A stretch of 64,000 nucleotides of DNA from the NCBI GenBank assembly GCA_964562445.1, contig CAZLSZ010000004.1, positions 448-64,447 on the forward strand, given 5' to 3'. Below the pieces are notes generated by a model. It saw nothing but the letters and a program-made list of their open reading frames with translations. It ran no database searches and was not told the origin of the DNA. Made by a program: the position numbers and the translations under genes. Of this stretch, positions 8,016 to 17,290 are shown piece by piece (the first letter of the stretch is position 1; each line of letters opens with the position of its first letter). Origin of the DNA: an uncultured Gammaproteobacteria bacterium (GTDB lineage: Bacteria; Patescibacteriota; Microgenomatia; Levybacterales; UBA12049).

Positions 8016-10205
8016 TTATGGTACAGGTGTCGGTGTGGGAGGTGGTGCTTTTGCGCAGCTTGCACAGAATTTATTACCTGTTGCATCGATAATCATTGTC
8101 TCTTCCCGTTCTTCTACATTTTCTGTTTGACCCGGTTTTGCAAGGGCGTTTGTGGTCTTATCGATAAATACTTTTTCACGGGTAACGGATGTTTTTTTCT
8201 GTTCCATACCTTTAATCAGATATTCATATCGAGTAGCGCATCCTGAATTATTTCCCGCAGCTATTTGTCCCGTACCTATACAGACGTATTTACCGAAAAC
8301 ATTCGGAGGTTTTTGTGGGATTTCCGGTTTTTTATTCTCAAGAAGCCCTGTCATAATTTTATTCCAGATGGGGGCTGCGCCTGTGATACCGGAAACGATA
8401 CCCGACATTGGTGTGTGATCATTATTTCCCACCCATACTGCTACGACATATGATGGGGTATAGCCGATTGTCCAGTTATCACGGTAATCATTGGTCGTTC
8501 CTGTTTTGACAGAAACTCTTTGTTTATCAATTTTCAGTGCTGAATTCGGTCCGAACGCAGGTGTTCTGGCAGTATTGTCAGCAAGAATATCAGAAATGAT
8601 AAACGCGACTTCTGAAGACATTACTTTTTTACCGAATATAGGACTTTTTGGCGCTTTATACTCTTCGATGACTTTCCCTTCTCTATTGGTGATTTTAAGG
8701 ATCGGGTGAAGGTCCACTCTATATCCCTGGTTAGCAAAAACACCGAAGGCTGTGGCCATATCCGTCATCATGACTTCTCCTCCTCCTAATGTCAAAGATA
8801 AACCGTATTGCGAAGGATCTTTAAATGTTGTGATACCCATCGCGCTTGCTGTCGCGATCATCGCTTGGAGGCCGTTTAATTTCAGCATCTGGACGGCCGG
8901 TATATTGTATGAATTTGCAAGTGCGCCGCGCATCTGGACAACGCCATGATAACTATTGTCATAATTTTTCGGACAATATGGTTTTTCTCCCGGACTCGGG
9001 AAACATACTGCCTGATCGACAAACGGGGTTGCGGCAGAGTAGCCGTTCATGAGGCCTACAGCATAGTTTATCGGTTTGATTGATGATCCGGGCTGGAGAA
9101 GCGCGATTGTCGCATTTACATTGCCGTGTTTTTCATCAAAATAATTTTTACTGCCTACCATCGCAAGTATTTCTCCTGTCCCCGGTTTTGTGACGATGGC
9201 TGCTCCATTGCCGACTTTATACATTTCCAGATCAGCAACTTCGTCAGCGACAATTTTTTGTACCTTTTCTTGAAGCGAGAGGTCGAGACTTGTTTGCACA
9301 TTGAATCCGCCTTGCTCTACAGCGCTTTGTCCGTATTTTTTAATTAATAAGTCCCGTACATAAAAGACGAAATGGGGGGCTTTAATCGGATTGCTTATCT
9401 TTTGGAATTTGAGCTCCTGTTTTTTTGCTTCCTCATGCTCTTTTTTTGTGATATATCCTTGTTCTTCCATTTTGATAAGAATTTGTTCCTGTCGTTTCTT
9501 TCCTAATTCAGGGTGAGAGCCTAATGGTGAAAGGGTACTAGGTGACTCCGGCAGTCCCGCAAGATATGCTTTTTCAGCAAGTGTAAGCTTGCTGACATCT
9601 TTGCCGAAAAAGGTTTGCGAAGCTGCATACACTCCGTATTGTGTGCCTCCATATGGGACTTGGTTAAGATACATCTCCAAAATTTCATCTTTTGAGTACA
9701 TGATTTCGGTTGCGAAGGCAAGAATTACCTCTTTTACTTTTCGGGTTATCGTCCGTTCGGGAGAGAGCAAACTTGTTTTTACCAATTGCTGCGTAATCGT
9801 GGAGCCGCCCTGCATTTGCTTGTGGAAGAAAATAGAGTATGCGGCGCGGGTAATCCCTCGCAGATCCACCGCTCCATGCTTATAGAAGTCTTTGTCTTCA
9901 ATAGCAATTGTCGCTTCCTGGAGATCTTTGGGGATTTTTGAAAGCGGGATAAACGTTTGATTTTTGTCAGAATAAAGCGTGTAGAGAAGCTTTCCATTTC
10001 TATCATAAATTTGGCTGGAATACGATGCCGTATTTTTACTGAGTTTTGTTGGAGAAGGGAGATCTTTAATAATAAAAATATATAGCAGAATCAATCCTAT
10101 GAGGAGTAATGTGATAGGAATAATAACAAAAAAGAAAGACTTCTTTGAAAGTGCTAATTTCCTAGCCTTCTTTACGGTTTTTTTATAACGCTTCACTTTG
10201 ATCAT
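8016..10205 (-). CDS. Class A penicillin-binding protein (PBP1A; glycosyltransferase GT51 + transpeptidase)
   Basis: An N-terminal TM helix is followed by GT51 motifs (EDKDFYKHGAVD, QGGSTITQQL) and a transpeptidase domain. The C-terminus has a Cys-rich extension ending in PPPTPTPVP. Confidence 0.85.
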   Translation of the reverse strand: MIKVKRYKKTVKKARKLALSKKSFFFVIIPITLLLIGLILLYIFIIKDLPSPTKLSKNTASYSSQIYDRNGKLLYTLYSDKNQTFIPLSKIPKDLQEATIAIEDKDFYKHGAVDLRGITRAAYSIFFHKQMQGGSTITQQLVKTSLLSPERTITRKVKEVILAFATEIMYSKDEILEMYLNQVPYGGTQYGVYAASQTFFGKDVSKLTLAEKAYLAGLPESPSTLSPLGSHPELGKKRQEQILIKMEEQGYITKKEHEEAKKQELKFQKISNPIKAPHFVFYVRDLLIKKYGQSAVEQGGFNVQTSLDLSLQEKVQKIVADEVADLEMYKVGNGAAIVTKPGTGEILAMVGSKNYFDEKHGNVNATIALLQPGSSIKPINYAVGLMNGYSAATPFVDQAVCFPSPGEKPYCPKNYDNSYHGVVQMRGALANSYNIPAVQMLKLNGLQAMIATASAMGITTFKDPSQYGLSLTLGGGEVMMTDMATAFGVFANQGYRVDLHPILKITNREGKVIEEYKAPKSPIFGKKVMSSEVAFIISDILADNTARTPAFGPNSALKIDKQRVSVKTGTTNDYRDNWTIGYTPSYVVAVWVGNNDHTPMSGIVSGITGAAPIWNKIMTGLLENKKPEIPQKPPNVFGKYVCIGTGQIAAGNNSGCATRYEYLIKGMEQKKTSVTREKVFIDKTTNALAKPGQTENVEEREETMIIDATGNKFCASCAKAPPPTPTPVP

Positions 10206-10277
10206 TGAAATATATATTTATTCTACCAGATTTTCATTTCCCGTTCTTGCAGAAATTCCGTATAATAGTATCAACCT

Positions 10278-11306
10278 ATGGATTTTCTCAATGGAATTTT
10301 TGCTTTGATCCCTCAGTTGCAAGGCGGGATACCTTTTCTCGATATTATCATATTGTGTATCATCTTATTTTATGTGCATGAAGGATATTCGTTAGGTTTT
10401 ACCTTAGCCTCTTTGGACCTCCTCAGTTTCATTATTTCTTTTATCGCAGCATTGCAATTTTATACTAAACTAGCCGGCGTGTTAATAGCTTTCTTTGCTT
10501 TACCTATTGGGATCGCGAATGCTGTCGCATTTTTTCTTATTGCAGTGATTAGTGAGATAGTATTGACCATTCTTTTTCGCAGATTTGTTTCACGAATACC
10601 GTCATTTATTCCGTTTGCCGGAGTCCGTTCTTTTCTGCAAGAGACCAATCATTTTTTGGGAATAGTTCCCGGATTATTATCAGCATTTATTATTCTTTCC
10701 TTTCTGCTTTCTCTTGTTGTTACATTTCCGTCCTCTCCGTATGTCAAGCAGGCTATTGATACATCGCCTCTTGCTTCTACGCTGGTAGCAAATACCTCCC
10801 TCTTCGAAAAACATCTCAATAAAGTGTTTGGCGGGACATTGGATGATACGTTGAATTTTATGACAGTAGAGCCGGAAAGCAGTAAAATCGTTCAGCTTCA
10901 TTTTACCGTTGCTGACGGTACTATTGATACTGCGGCAGAGCAGGAGATGTTTCGGCTTGTAAATCGTGAAAGAGCAAAAAATGGATTGGAATTACTTTTT
11001 TATGATAAAAAACTACAACAGGTTGCCCGTTCTCATTCTGATGATATGTTACGACAGGGATATTTTGCGCATAGGTCTTTGGATGGACGAACGCCTTTTT
11101 TACGTATGGAGGATGCTGGGATCACCTATCTCTATGCGGGGGAAAATTTGGCGCTTGCCCCCACGACAGGCCTTGCGATGCAAGGGCTCATGAACAGTCC
11201 TGGACATAGAGCAAATATCCTCAACCCGCATTTTAATAAAATCGGTATCGGTGTTATCGATGGCGGATTATACGGAAAAATGTATGCGCAAGAGTTCACT
11301 AATTAG
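10278..11306 (+). CDS. CvpA-like membrane domain fused to CAP/SCP/PR1-like extracellular domain
   Basis: Four N-terminal TM helices are present. The C-terminal CAP-domain motifs are YFAHRSLDGRTPF and GENLAL. Confidence 0.55.
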   Translation: MDFLNGIFALIPQLQGGIPFLDIIILCIILFYVHEGYSLGFTLASLDLLSFIISFIAALQFYTKLAGVLIAFFALPIGIANAVAFFLIAVISEIVLTILFRRFVSRIPSFIPFAGVRSFLQETNHFLGIVPGLLSAFIILSFLLSLVVTFPSSPYVKQAIDTSPLASTLVANTSLFEKHLNKVFGGTLDDTLNFMTVEPESSKIVQLHFTVADGTIDTAAEQEMFRLVNRERAKNGLELLFYDKKLQQVARSHSDDMLRQGYFAHRSLDGRTPFLRMEDAGITYLYAGENLALAPTTGLAMQGLMNSPGHRANILNPHFNKIGIGVIDGGLYGKMYAQEFTN

Positions 11307-11323
11307 AGTGTAGATGTATAATA

Positions 11324-12034
11324 ATGATGAATAAAAATGAACATAAAAAATTTCGCACAGCGGCATTTTCTGAAACAGGCGTGGGCATCTCGACGTTGGT
11401 TATTGTCATACTCGCGTTAGTTGTTTTTTTTCTTTTTATACATCCGTATCAGCATGAAATTGCCCAGTTTTGCAAACAGTATCCCGTTATTGCGCCATTA
11501 ATTCTTATCCTGTGGCGTTTTGTCGGTGTAGTCATACCCCCGATCCCCGGAGGTATTCTTGCATATACATTGATACCGATTTTAGGTTGGTTTTGGACAT
11601 TTTTTTATAGCGCTATCGGACTTTTAGCAGGAGCATGTGTCTCGTTTTTTATCGCTCGAAAGTATAGAGAGCCTGTCGTCAAACATTTTGTTTCGCTGCA
11701 ATCTTTGCAAAAATGGGAAAGCAGATTGTCTGGAAATACCGAATTATGGGGATTTATCCTTCTTCGTATGACGACTCAGCCGATTATGGATTTTATGAGT
11801 TATCTAGCAGGGCTCAGTAAGTTGAGTTTTTGGAAATTTTTTATCGCTACTGTAATTTCTTTATTACCGAGCGCATTCTCATATTATCTGGGGGAGGTTA
11901 CCTATAATAAAGTTATTGAAGAAAATCCTTTTGTAAGTATATGGAGTTTTGTTATTGTAATTGTTTTTTTACTCGCAATAAACACCATTATAACGAAGAA
12001 AAAGAATGACAGGCGGAAAAATGCTCAATTATAA
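11324..12034 (+). CDS. DedA/TVP38 (VTT-domain) family membrane protein
   Basis: The 236-aa multi-TM protein has VTT-like spacing. A TATAAT box at 11316-11321 directly abuts the ATG at 11324/11327, suggesting a leaderless mRNA. Confidence 0.45.
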   Translation: MMNKNEHKKFRTAAFSETGVGISTLVIVILALVVFFLFIHPYQHEIAQFCKQYPVIAPLILILWRFVGVVIPPIPGGILAYTLIPILGWFWTFFYSAIGLLAGACVSFFIARKYREPVVKHFVSLQSLQKWESRLSGNTELWGFILLRMTTQPIMDFMSYLAGLSKLSFWKFFIATVISLLPSAFSYYLGEVTYNKVIEENPFVSIWSFVIVIVFLLAINTIITKKKNDRRKNAQL

Positions 12035-13036
12035 CCAATCCTTGTATTTAAAATAAGAAATGATCATAATGCCTCCGGCAAGGATGGATAAGAAAAGCGC
12101 TGGTACAATCCATGGTGAATCTGCATATGGTAATCCTTTGACATTCATAGAGTAGAGGTTATTCATTACCGCAAACGGGAAAGCGATGGAAGTAATGACA
12201 GTAAGAAATTTCATTAATTCGTTGGTCCTATTGGAAAGGATTGATTCATTGCTCGTGGCGATACCCGCAATTAATTCTTTATTGTCTTCCAGTCGTTCCC
12301 AGATTTTTTGTAAATGGTCAAGCAAATTTCCCCAATATTCTTTCATATGGCCGTTGAGATGCTCAAACTTGCCTTTTTCAAGATCGCCAAAGATAGGTAA
12401 GAGCGGTTTAACCATCGTTTCGAAAACAACGATATTTCTTCTGGTGACAGAAATATCTTCGATGAGCGCGGCGCCGCTTTTTTCTTCAAGTTGTTTATCG
12501 ATGTAGTCAATTGTGCTATTTATTTCTTCGACATAGGAAAAAGAGGAATCAATGAGGATGTCAGCGATTCGATAGAGAAGGTATCCCGGTCCTTTCCCCA
12601 TGAGATCTTCTCTATGCTTGGATGTGATCTTGCACATCTCAAATATCTCATCAATGATTGGTGTATGTTCATCATGGAGTACGACAAGATAATCCTTACC
12701 GATGAAAAAATCAACCTCACCGATTTTTATTCTTTTTTTTCTTGCGGCAGTTGAATTAGGAACGATAAGTTTATTAGAAAGAAGATTTGGGACTACACCT
12801 GGTTTCGTGGTATTTGTACGTGCTTTGAGAGATAGTGGGATGTACGGCACGTCCATCACAAAAAGCGTGTAATCATTATAGAGTTCAATTTTTGGGATTT
12901 GTGTTTTATAAAGATAATCTTCCAGATTTAACATACTAAATCCGAAATGCTTATTTAAAAAAGCTATCTGCTCAGATGTCGGTTTGTTTAAATGTATAAA
13001 TGATAGCCCATTATGGGTAATTGTTGGAACATTCAT
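12029..13036 (-). CDS. corA: CorA-family divalent cation transporter with non-canonical YSMNV in place of YGMNF
   Basis: A CorA-like N-terminal domain is followed by two C-terminal TM helices. The GMN position reads FPFAVMNNLYSMNVKGLP. Confidence 0.65.
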   Translation of the reverse strand: MNVPTITHNGLSFIHLNKPTSEQIAFLNKHFGFSMLNLEDYLYKTQIPKIELYNDYTLFVMDVPYIPLSLKARTNTTKPGVVPNLLSNKLIVPNSTAARKKRIKIGEVDFFIGKDYLVVLHDEHTPIIDEIFEMCKITSKHREDLMGKGPGYLLYRIADILIDSSFSYVEEINSTIDYIDKQLEEKSGAALIEDISVTRRNIVVFETMVKPLLPIFGDLEKGKFEHLNGHMKEYWGNLLDHLQKIWERLEDNKELIAGIATSNESILSNRTNELMKFLTVITSIAFPFAVMNNLYSMNVKGLPYADSPWIVPALFLSILAGGIMIISYFKYKDWL

Positions 13037-13151
13037 AGTAGTAGCCCTTTCTCTTTCTATTGAATTACAATCTAGGCAGAGTTGTCAATCACTTAATATA
13101 AAATGCGGAACCAATAGTATTATACACTTCTCCCAGCCTTGTGTGAATAGG

Positions 13152-14294
13152 TTATTTTTTTTGTTGAAAAGCGAATGCGCCCAACAATGCTGTAAGCGGC
13201 ACTGCCAAAATCAGTCCGATACTGCCTGTCACTGTCCGAACGATCTCTTCTTGGAGGATTTCGCTATTGAGGATCAGCCAGAGCGGTTGGTTTGTCGGAT
13301 TCATAACAATAAAAATAAAAATCGGCAAAGCTGCTCCTGCATACGCGAGAGCCAATGTATTTACTAGTGCAGCAATATGTTCATTTCCTACACGCAAGCC
13401 GCTCTTGAAGAGTTCTTTAAAAGACAGTTTTTTGTTTGTTTCAGCCAGTTCACGGATAGACGCAGCAAGCCCGATAGTGATATCATTGAGCACGCCAAGG
13501 CTGCCGATAATGATCCCTCCGAGAAGAAGTCCTTGGAAGTTTAATAAGCCTGAAGCGCCGTATAGCAGTGTGATAGCGTCGTCATTTCCAAGTCCAGTGA
13601 GAAAGAGAAGTTTGACTGAGGTAAATGCCAGAATTCCTGTCAATATCAGCGTAATTGTTGTGGCTAGGATAGCAATATGTGTTTTTTTGGAAAAACCATG
13701 AGCTATGTACATAGTCGACATCATGATAAAAAACGAACCGATGATGCTTGTAACGAGCGGGTCCTCACCCGAAAGGATAGTGGGGATAATAAATTTGAGG
13801 ATGATCACAAAACTTATTGCCAGACCGGTGAGCGCAGCAAGTCCCCTCCATTTACTGACAGCGATGAGCACGAAAAGCAAAAGAATGACGAGGGGAATGG
13901 TGCGTTCAAGTCTGTAGCTATCAATAATCTGATAAATACTTTGATTGCCGGTTGTTGTTTTTTGCAGTACAACAGTTTGGTTTAGATGAACTTTTTGATT
14001 CTCCCGAAGTGTTGTTTGTTCTCCATGCATCATCGTGAATACTTTATCTTTCTCTGGTCCTGAAAGAATCTGCACTGTCACTTTTTGGTATGGATGTTGT
14101 TGTTCAAATATTACTTTGGTTCCTTCTTCATTTATGCGAATTACTTTTGCTCGGGAGGCTTGCTCTTGTGGGAGAAGTGCGGGATCCATGACCGCAGGTC
14201 TGTTTTGGGCATGTGCGAGGGATGGGGATAGGAAGAATAAAAGGCTGAGGAATGTGATGATTGGGATGACATATCTTTGTAGTTTCTCTACCAT
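13152..14294 (-). CDS. YibE/F-like membrane protein
   Basis: A signal peptide and a soluble domain of about 100 aa precede about seven TM helices. Confidence 0.4.
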   Translation of the reverse strand: MVEKLQRYVIPIITFLSLLFFLSPSLAHAQNRPAVMDPALLPQEQASRAKVIRINEEGTKVIFEQQHPYQKVTVQILSGPEKDKVFTMMHGEQTTLRENQKVHLNQTVVLQKTTTGNQSIYQIIDSYRLERTIPLVILLLFVLIAVSKWRGLAALTGLAISFVIILKFIIPTILSGEDPLVTSIIGSFFIMMSTMYIAHGFSKKTHIAILATTITLILTGILAFTSVKLLFLTGLGNDDAITLLYGASGLLNFQGLLLGGIIIGSLGVLNDITIGLAASIRELAETNKKLSFKELFKSGLRVGNEHIAALVNTLALAYAGAALPIFIFIVMNPTNQPLWLILNSEILQEEIVRTVTGSIGLILAVPLTALLGAFAFQQKK

Positions 14295-14333
14295 GCATCC
14301 ATTATATCACTGTAGAGTATGTTTATGAGCTAG

Positions 14334-14364
14334 ATTGTCATATTGTTATATTACTATAACAATC
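14334..14364 (+). promoter_or_regulatory. Nested palindrome GATTGTcatATTGTTATAttacTATAACAATC immediately upstream of gap
   Basis: The inner 8-bp arms TTGTTATA and TATAACAA are perfect, the outer arms are GATTGT and ACAATC, and the element ends 14 nt before the gap ATG. Confidence 0.3.
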
Positions 14365-14377
14365 CTATACTAATACT

Positions 14378-15448
14378 ATGGTTCGAGTTGCAATCAATGG
14401 GTATGGAAGGATCGGACGCATCGCGCATCGTGTCATTTTACAGTGGCATAGTGAGGATGTGGAAGTCGTGGCTATCAATGCCGGACACTCTACTGATCTC
14501 AAAGGGTGGATGTATCTTCTTAAATATGATAGTGTCTATGGTTTGCTGCCGCAGGAAATTTCGATAAAGCCCAACACAGATACTACGCAGGCTGATTTTT
14601 TGGGATATTTGGTTCTTGGAGGGAAAGATATCCCCGTATATTCCCAAAAAGATCCGACACAGCTTCCGTGGGGTAAGCATCAGGTAGATGTGGTAATCGA
14701 GTCGACCGGGGCATTTACAAGCGCGGAGAAAGTAAAGGCTCATTTAACTGCCGGAGCCAAGGCTGCGGTTCTCTCAGCGCCGGCAAAAGATGGCGAACCG
14801 ATTCCGACATATGTTATCTCCGTAAATGATAATAATTATTCAGGGGAAACGATCATCAGTAATGCTTCATGTACAACCAATTGTATAACCCCTCCCACCA
14901 AGGTTATCTCCGAGAATTTCGGTATCCAAAAGGCAATGATGACGACAATTCATGGCTATACATCAGATCAGCGTCTGCATGACGGCGGTCATAAGGATTA
15001 TCGGCGCGCAAGAGCAGCGGGACTTAATATTATTCCGACTTCCACAGGCGCGACAATAGCAGCCGCTGAGGCACTTCCTGCTCTCAAAGGGATTTTCGGA
15101 GGACTTGCGATTCGCGTTCCTGTACCTGTCGGGTCACTTTCTGATTGTACATTCATTCTTAATCAGGATGTGACCAAAGAGCAGGTTAATGAGGTCTTAA
15201 CACGGGAATCACAGAATCCTTCGTATAAAGGAATTATGGCTGTCTCTACAGACCCTCTTGTATCAAGTGATATAATAGGTAATTCACATTCAAGTATTGT
15301 AGATTTGACATTGACGCAGGTTGTGGGTGGGAATATGCTAAAGATTATTGCATGGTATGATAATGAATACGGCTATGCAAATAGACTTGTCGAGGAAACC
15401 ATCATGGTCGGAGATCGTTTGCATTCATCTGCTCCTGTACAACAATAA
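14378..15448 (+). CDS. gap: Glyceraldehyde-3-phosphate dehydrogenase (type I)
   Basis: Motifs VAINGYGRIGR and ASCTTNC are present, and the 356-aa length fits. Confidence 0.9.
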   Translation: MVRVAINGYGRIGRIAHRVILQWHSEDVEVVAINAGHSTDLKGWMYLLKYDSVYGLLPQEISIKPNTDTTQADFLGYLVLGGKDIPVYSQKDPTQLPWGKHQVDVVIESTGAFTSAEKVKAHLTAGAKAAVLSAPAKDGEPIPTYVISVNDNNYSGETIISNASCTTNCITPPTKVISENFGIQKAMMTTIHGYTSDQRLHDGGHKDYRRARAAGLNIIPTSTGATIAAAEALPALKGIFGGLAIRVPVPVGSLSDCTFILNQDVTKEQVNEVLTRESQNPSYKGIMAVSTDPLVSSDIIGNSHSSIVDLTLTQVVGGNMLKIIAWYDNEYGYANRLVEETIMVGDRLHSSAPVQQ

Positions 15449-15465
15449 TCATATCAGTAAAAAGT

Positions 15466-16056
15466 ATGGAAAAACCAATTGATATCCCTGGAGTCAGGAT
15501 TATAACTGTTTCCGGACGTATTGCTTCCGGTTCTACGACACTTGCTCGGCATCTTGCCCGGCTTTTGGGGTGGAGGCATATGGAAGGTGGAGAAATATTT
15601 TGGGAAGCGGTGCGGGATCGTTTGGGGCTTGATGTGAAAGATACAAATTTACGGCCTGATGAAGAAGATCTCCTCTTTGAAGAAAAACAAAAAGCTATTC
15701 TCAAAGATGAAAAATATATCGTTCTAGAGAGTAAACTGGCAGGTTTTTGCGCACAGGGGTATGAGGATGTCTATAAAATTGGCGTAGTATGTGAAGATAA
15801 AGATGGTAATGATCAGACGCAAATCCGAATTGATCGTTTGGTGAATAGAGAAGTTATTTCTATCGATGAGGCAAAAGAAGAGGTGCTTAAACGTGAAGAA
15901 AATGATCTGATGAAATGGCGTAAATTGTATGCGGATAATAATCAGGACTGGATTTATTGGCATCAAAAGTATTATGATTTAGTTATCAATACTTTTACGC
16001 ATAATCAGGATGATAGCTTAAAAGTAGTGCTTCAGGAATTACATATTCAGATTTAG
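15466..16056 (+). CDS. Archaeal-type (Cytidylate_kin2-like) cytidylate kinase
   Basis: VSGRIASGSTT, GGEIFWE, VLESKLAGF and YDLVINT parallel the archaeal Cmk motifs ISAGEIFRE, VLEGRLAGW and YDLVINT. Confidence 0.55.
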   Translation: MEKPIDIPGVRIITVSGRIASGSTTLARHLARLLGWRHMEGGEIFWEAVRDRLGLDVKDTNLRPDEEDLLFEEKQKAILKDEKYIVLESKLAGFCAQGYEDVYKIGVVCEDKDGNDQTQIRIDRLVNREVISIDEAKEEVLKREENDLMKWRKLYADNNQDWIYWHQKYYDLVINTFTHNQDDSLKVVLQELHIQI

Positions 16057-16059
16057 TAT

Positions 16060-16599
16060 ATGTGGAGAACATTTGCTGCAACACTTCTCATTTGTCTCGT
16101 ATTTCAGTATTCTGTTGCGCCTGCATATGCTGCAGAGAAATCTTTTGTACAGCAGCCTCCAATACAATATGATTTATCGTATCCCGGTTTGCTTCCTGAT
16201 CATCCTTTCTATATTTTGAAACAGATGCGGGATAATATGATGACACTTCTTATCGGAAAACCTCTTGATAGATCTTCTTTTATGCTTTTACAATCAGATA
16301 AACAGGTTTCTGCCGCGAAAATATTGATTGAACAACAAAAAGATGTGCATATGGTCAGAAATTCATTTTTGGCTTCCCAAAGAGCATTTGAAGGCGCGAT
16401 AAACGGCACGCAGGCCGCAAAGCAGGAAGGTTTTCCAACAGAGGACATGATTCATCAATTACAAGTCGCGAGTAAGAAACATCATGAAATAGTGACGAAT
16501 GTCATGGAACAGCTTTCGGAGGAAGATAAGAAAATGTTTCAGGATATTGAAAAGAAATCTCTTGAGTTTATTCCCCGTACAGCCTCTTTAAAACCCTAA
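16060..16599 (+). CDS. Secreted hypothetical protein
   Basis: An N-terminal signal peptide is followed by a helical domain of about 150 aa. Confidence 0.35.
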   Translation: MWRTFAATLLICLVFQYSVAPAYAAEKSFVQQPPIQYDLSYPGLLPDHPFYILKQMRDNMMTLLIGKPLDRSSFMLLQSDKQVSAAKILIEQQKDVHMVRNSFLASQRAFEGAINGTQAAKQEGFPTEDMIHQLQVASKKHHEIVTNVMEQLSEEDKKMFQDIEKKSLEFIPRTASLKP

Positions 16600-16684
16600 A
16601 ACTCGACTATTCTTGTGTAAGAAAATAATAGTAGAAATGTATTCAATTGAAGCTAATAGGTTATTGTGATATAGTTAGTATTAG

Positions 16685-16730
16685 TTGACGCTATAGATGT
16701 AGTGGCGTATTATTTTTAGAGCACTACATC
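16685..16730 (+). promoter_or_regulatory. Sigma70-like promoter (TTGACG-N17-TATTAT) with overlapping 9-bp inverted repeat GATGTAGTG/CACTACATC
   Basis: The -35 box is at 16685-16690 and the -10 at 16708-16713. The inverted-repeat arms lie at 16696-16704 and 16722-16730, spanning the spacer and about +1 to +10, upstream of nrdR. Confidence 0.45.
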
Positions 16731-16810
16731 TGGATACGGCTTACTGCAGAGCGATAAATAAACTGGGCAGTTTAGCCTCGCAACAGGCAGCGGATAAAAG
16801 TGCAAGTATT

Positions 16811-17290
16811 ATGCATTGCCCATACTGCGGAAGTAAGGATTCGGAGGTTGTAGAAACAAGAGATAGCTCGGATATGGATACGATTAGGAGAAGACGAGCA
16901 TGCTTGAGTTGCGCAAAAAGGTTCACGACCTATGAACGGGTAGAACAAGCGCAACTCATTGTTATCAAAAGAGATGGCAGAAGAGAACAATTTAATAGAG
17001 AGAAGCTGAAATCAGGACTTCTCAAGGCATGTGAGAAGACAATAGTACCTGCGCATATTATTGAAAAGATAACAACAGAGGTAGTGAGAGAATTGCGATG
17101 TATGGGCTCGTTGGAAGTAAAAAGTGAGCTTATGGGAGAGATGATTGCGCAGCGATTGAAGCAGTTAGATAAAGTTGCATATATACGATTCGCGAGTGTG
17201 TTTAAAAGGTTCGTGGATGTGGAAGATTTTGAAAAAGAGGTAAAGGAATTCAGAAAAATAGCAAAAAAAATAAATAAACAAACAGTATGA
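16811..17290 (+). CDS. nrdR: Transcriptional repressor NrdR
   Basis: An N-terminal Zn-ribbon (CPYCGS...CLSCAKRF) is followed by an ATP-cone. The stop overlaps the nrdJ start in an ATGA. Confidence 0.85.
   Translation: MHCPYCGSKDSEVVETRDSSDMDTIRRRRACLSCAKRFTTYERVEQAQLIVIKRDGRREQFNREKLKSGLLKACEKTIVPAHIIEKITTEVVRELRCMGSLEVKSELMGEMIAQRLKQLDKVAYIRFASVFKRFVDVEDFEKEVKEFRKIAKKINKQTV

Noticed and set aside
14378-14395. GGTTCGAGTTGCA tRNA-like T-loop string
   Set aside because: It lies inside the gap coding start (MVRVAING), and no acceptor or anticodon arms are present.
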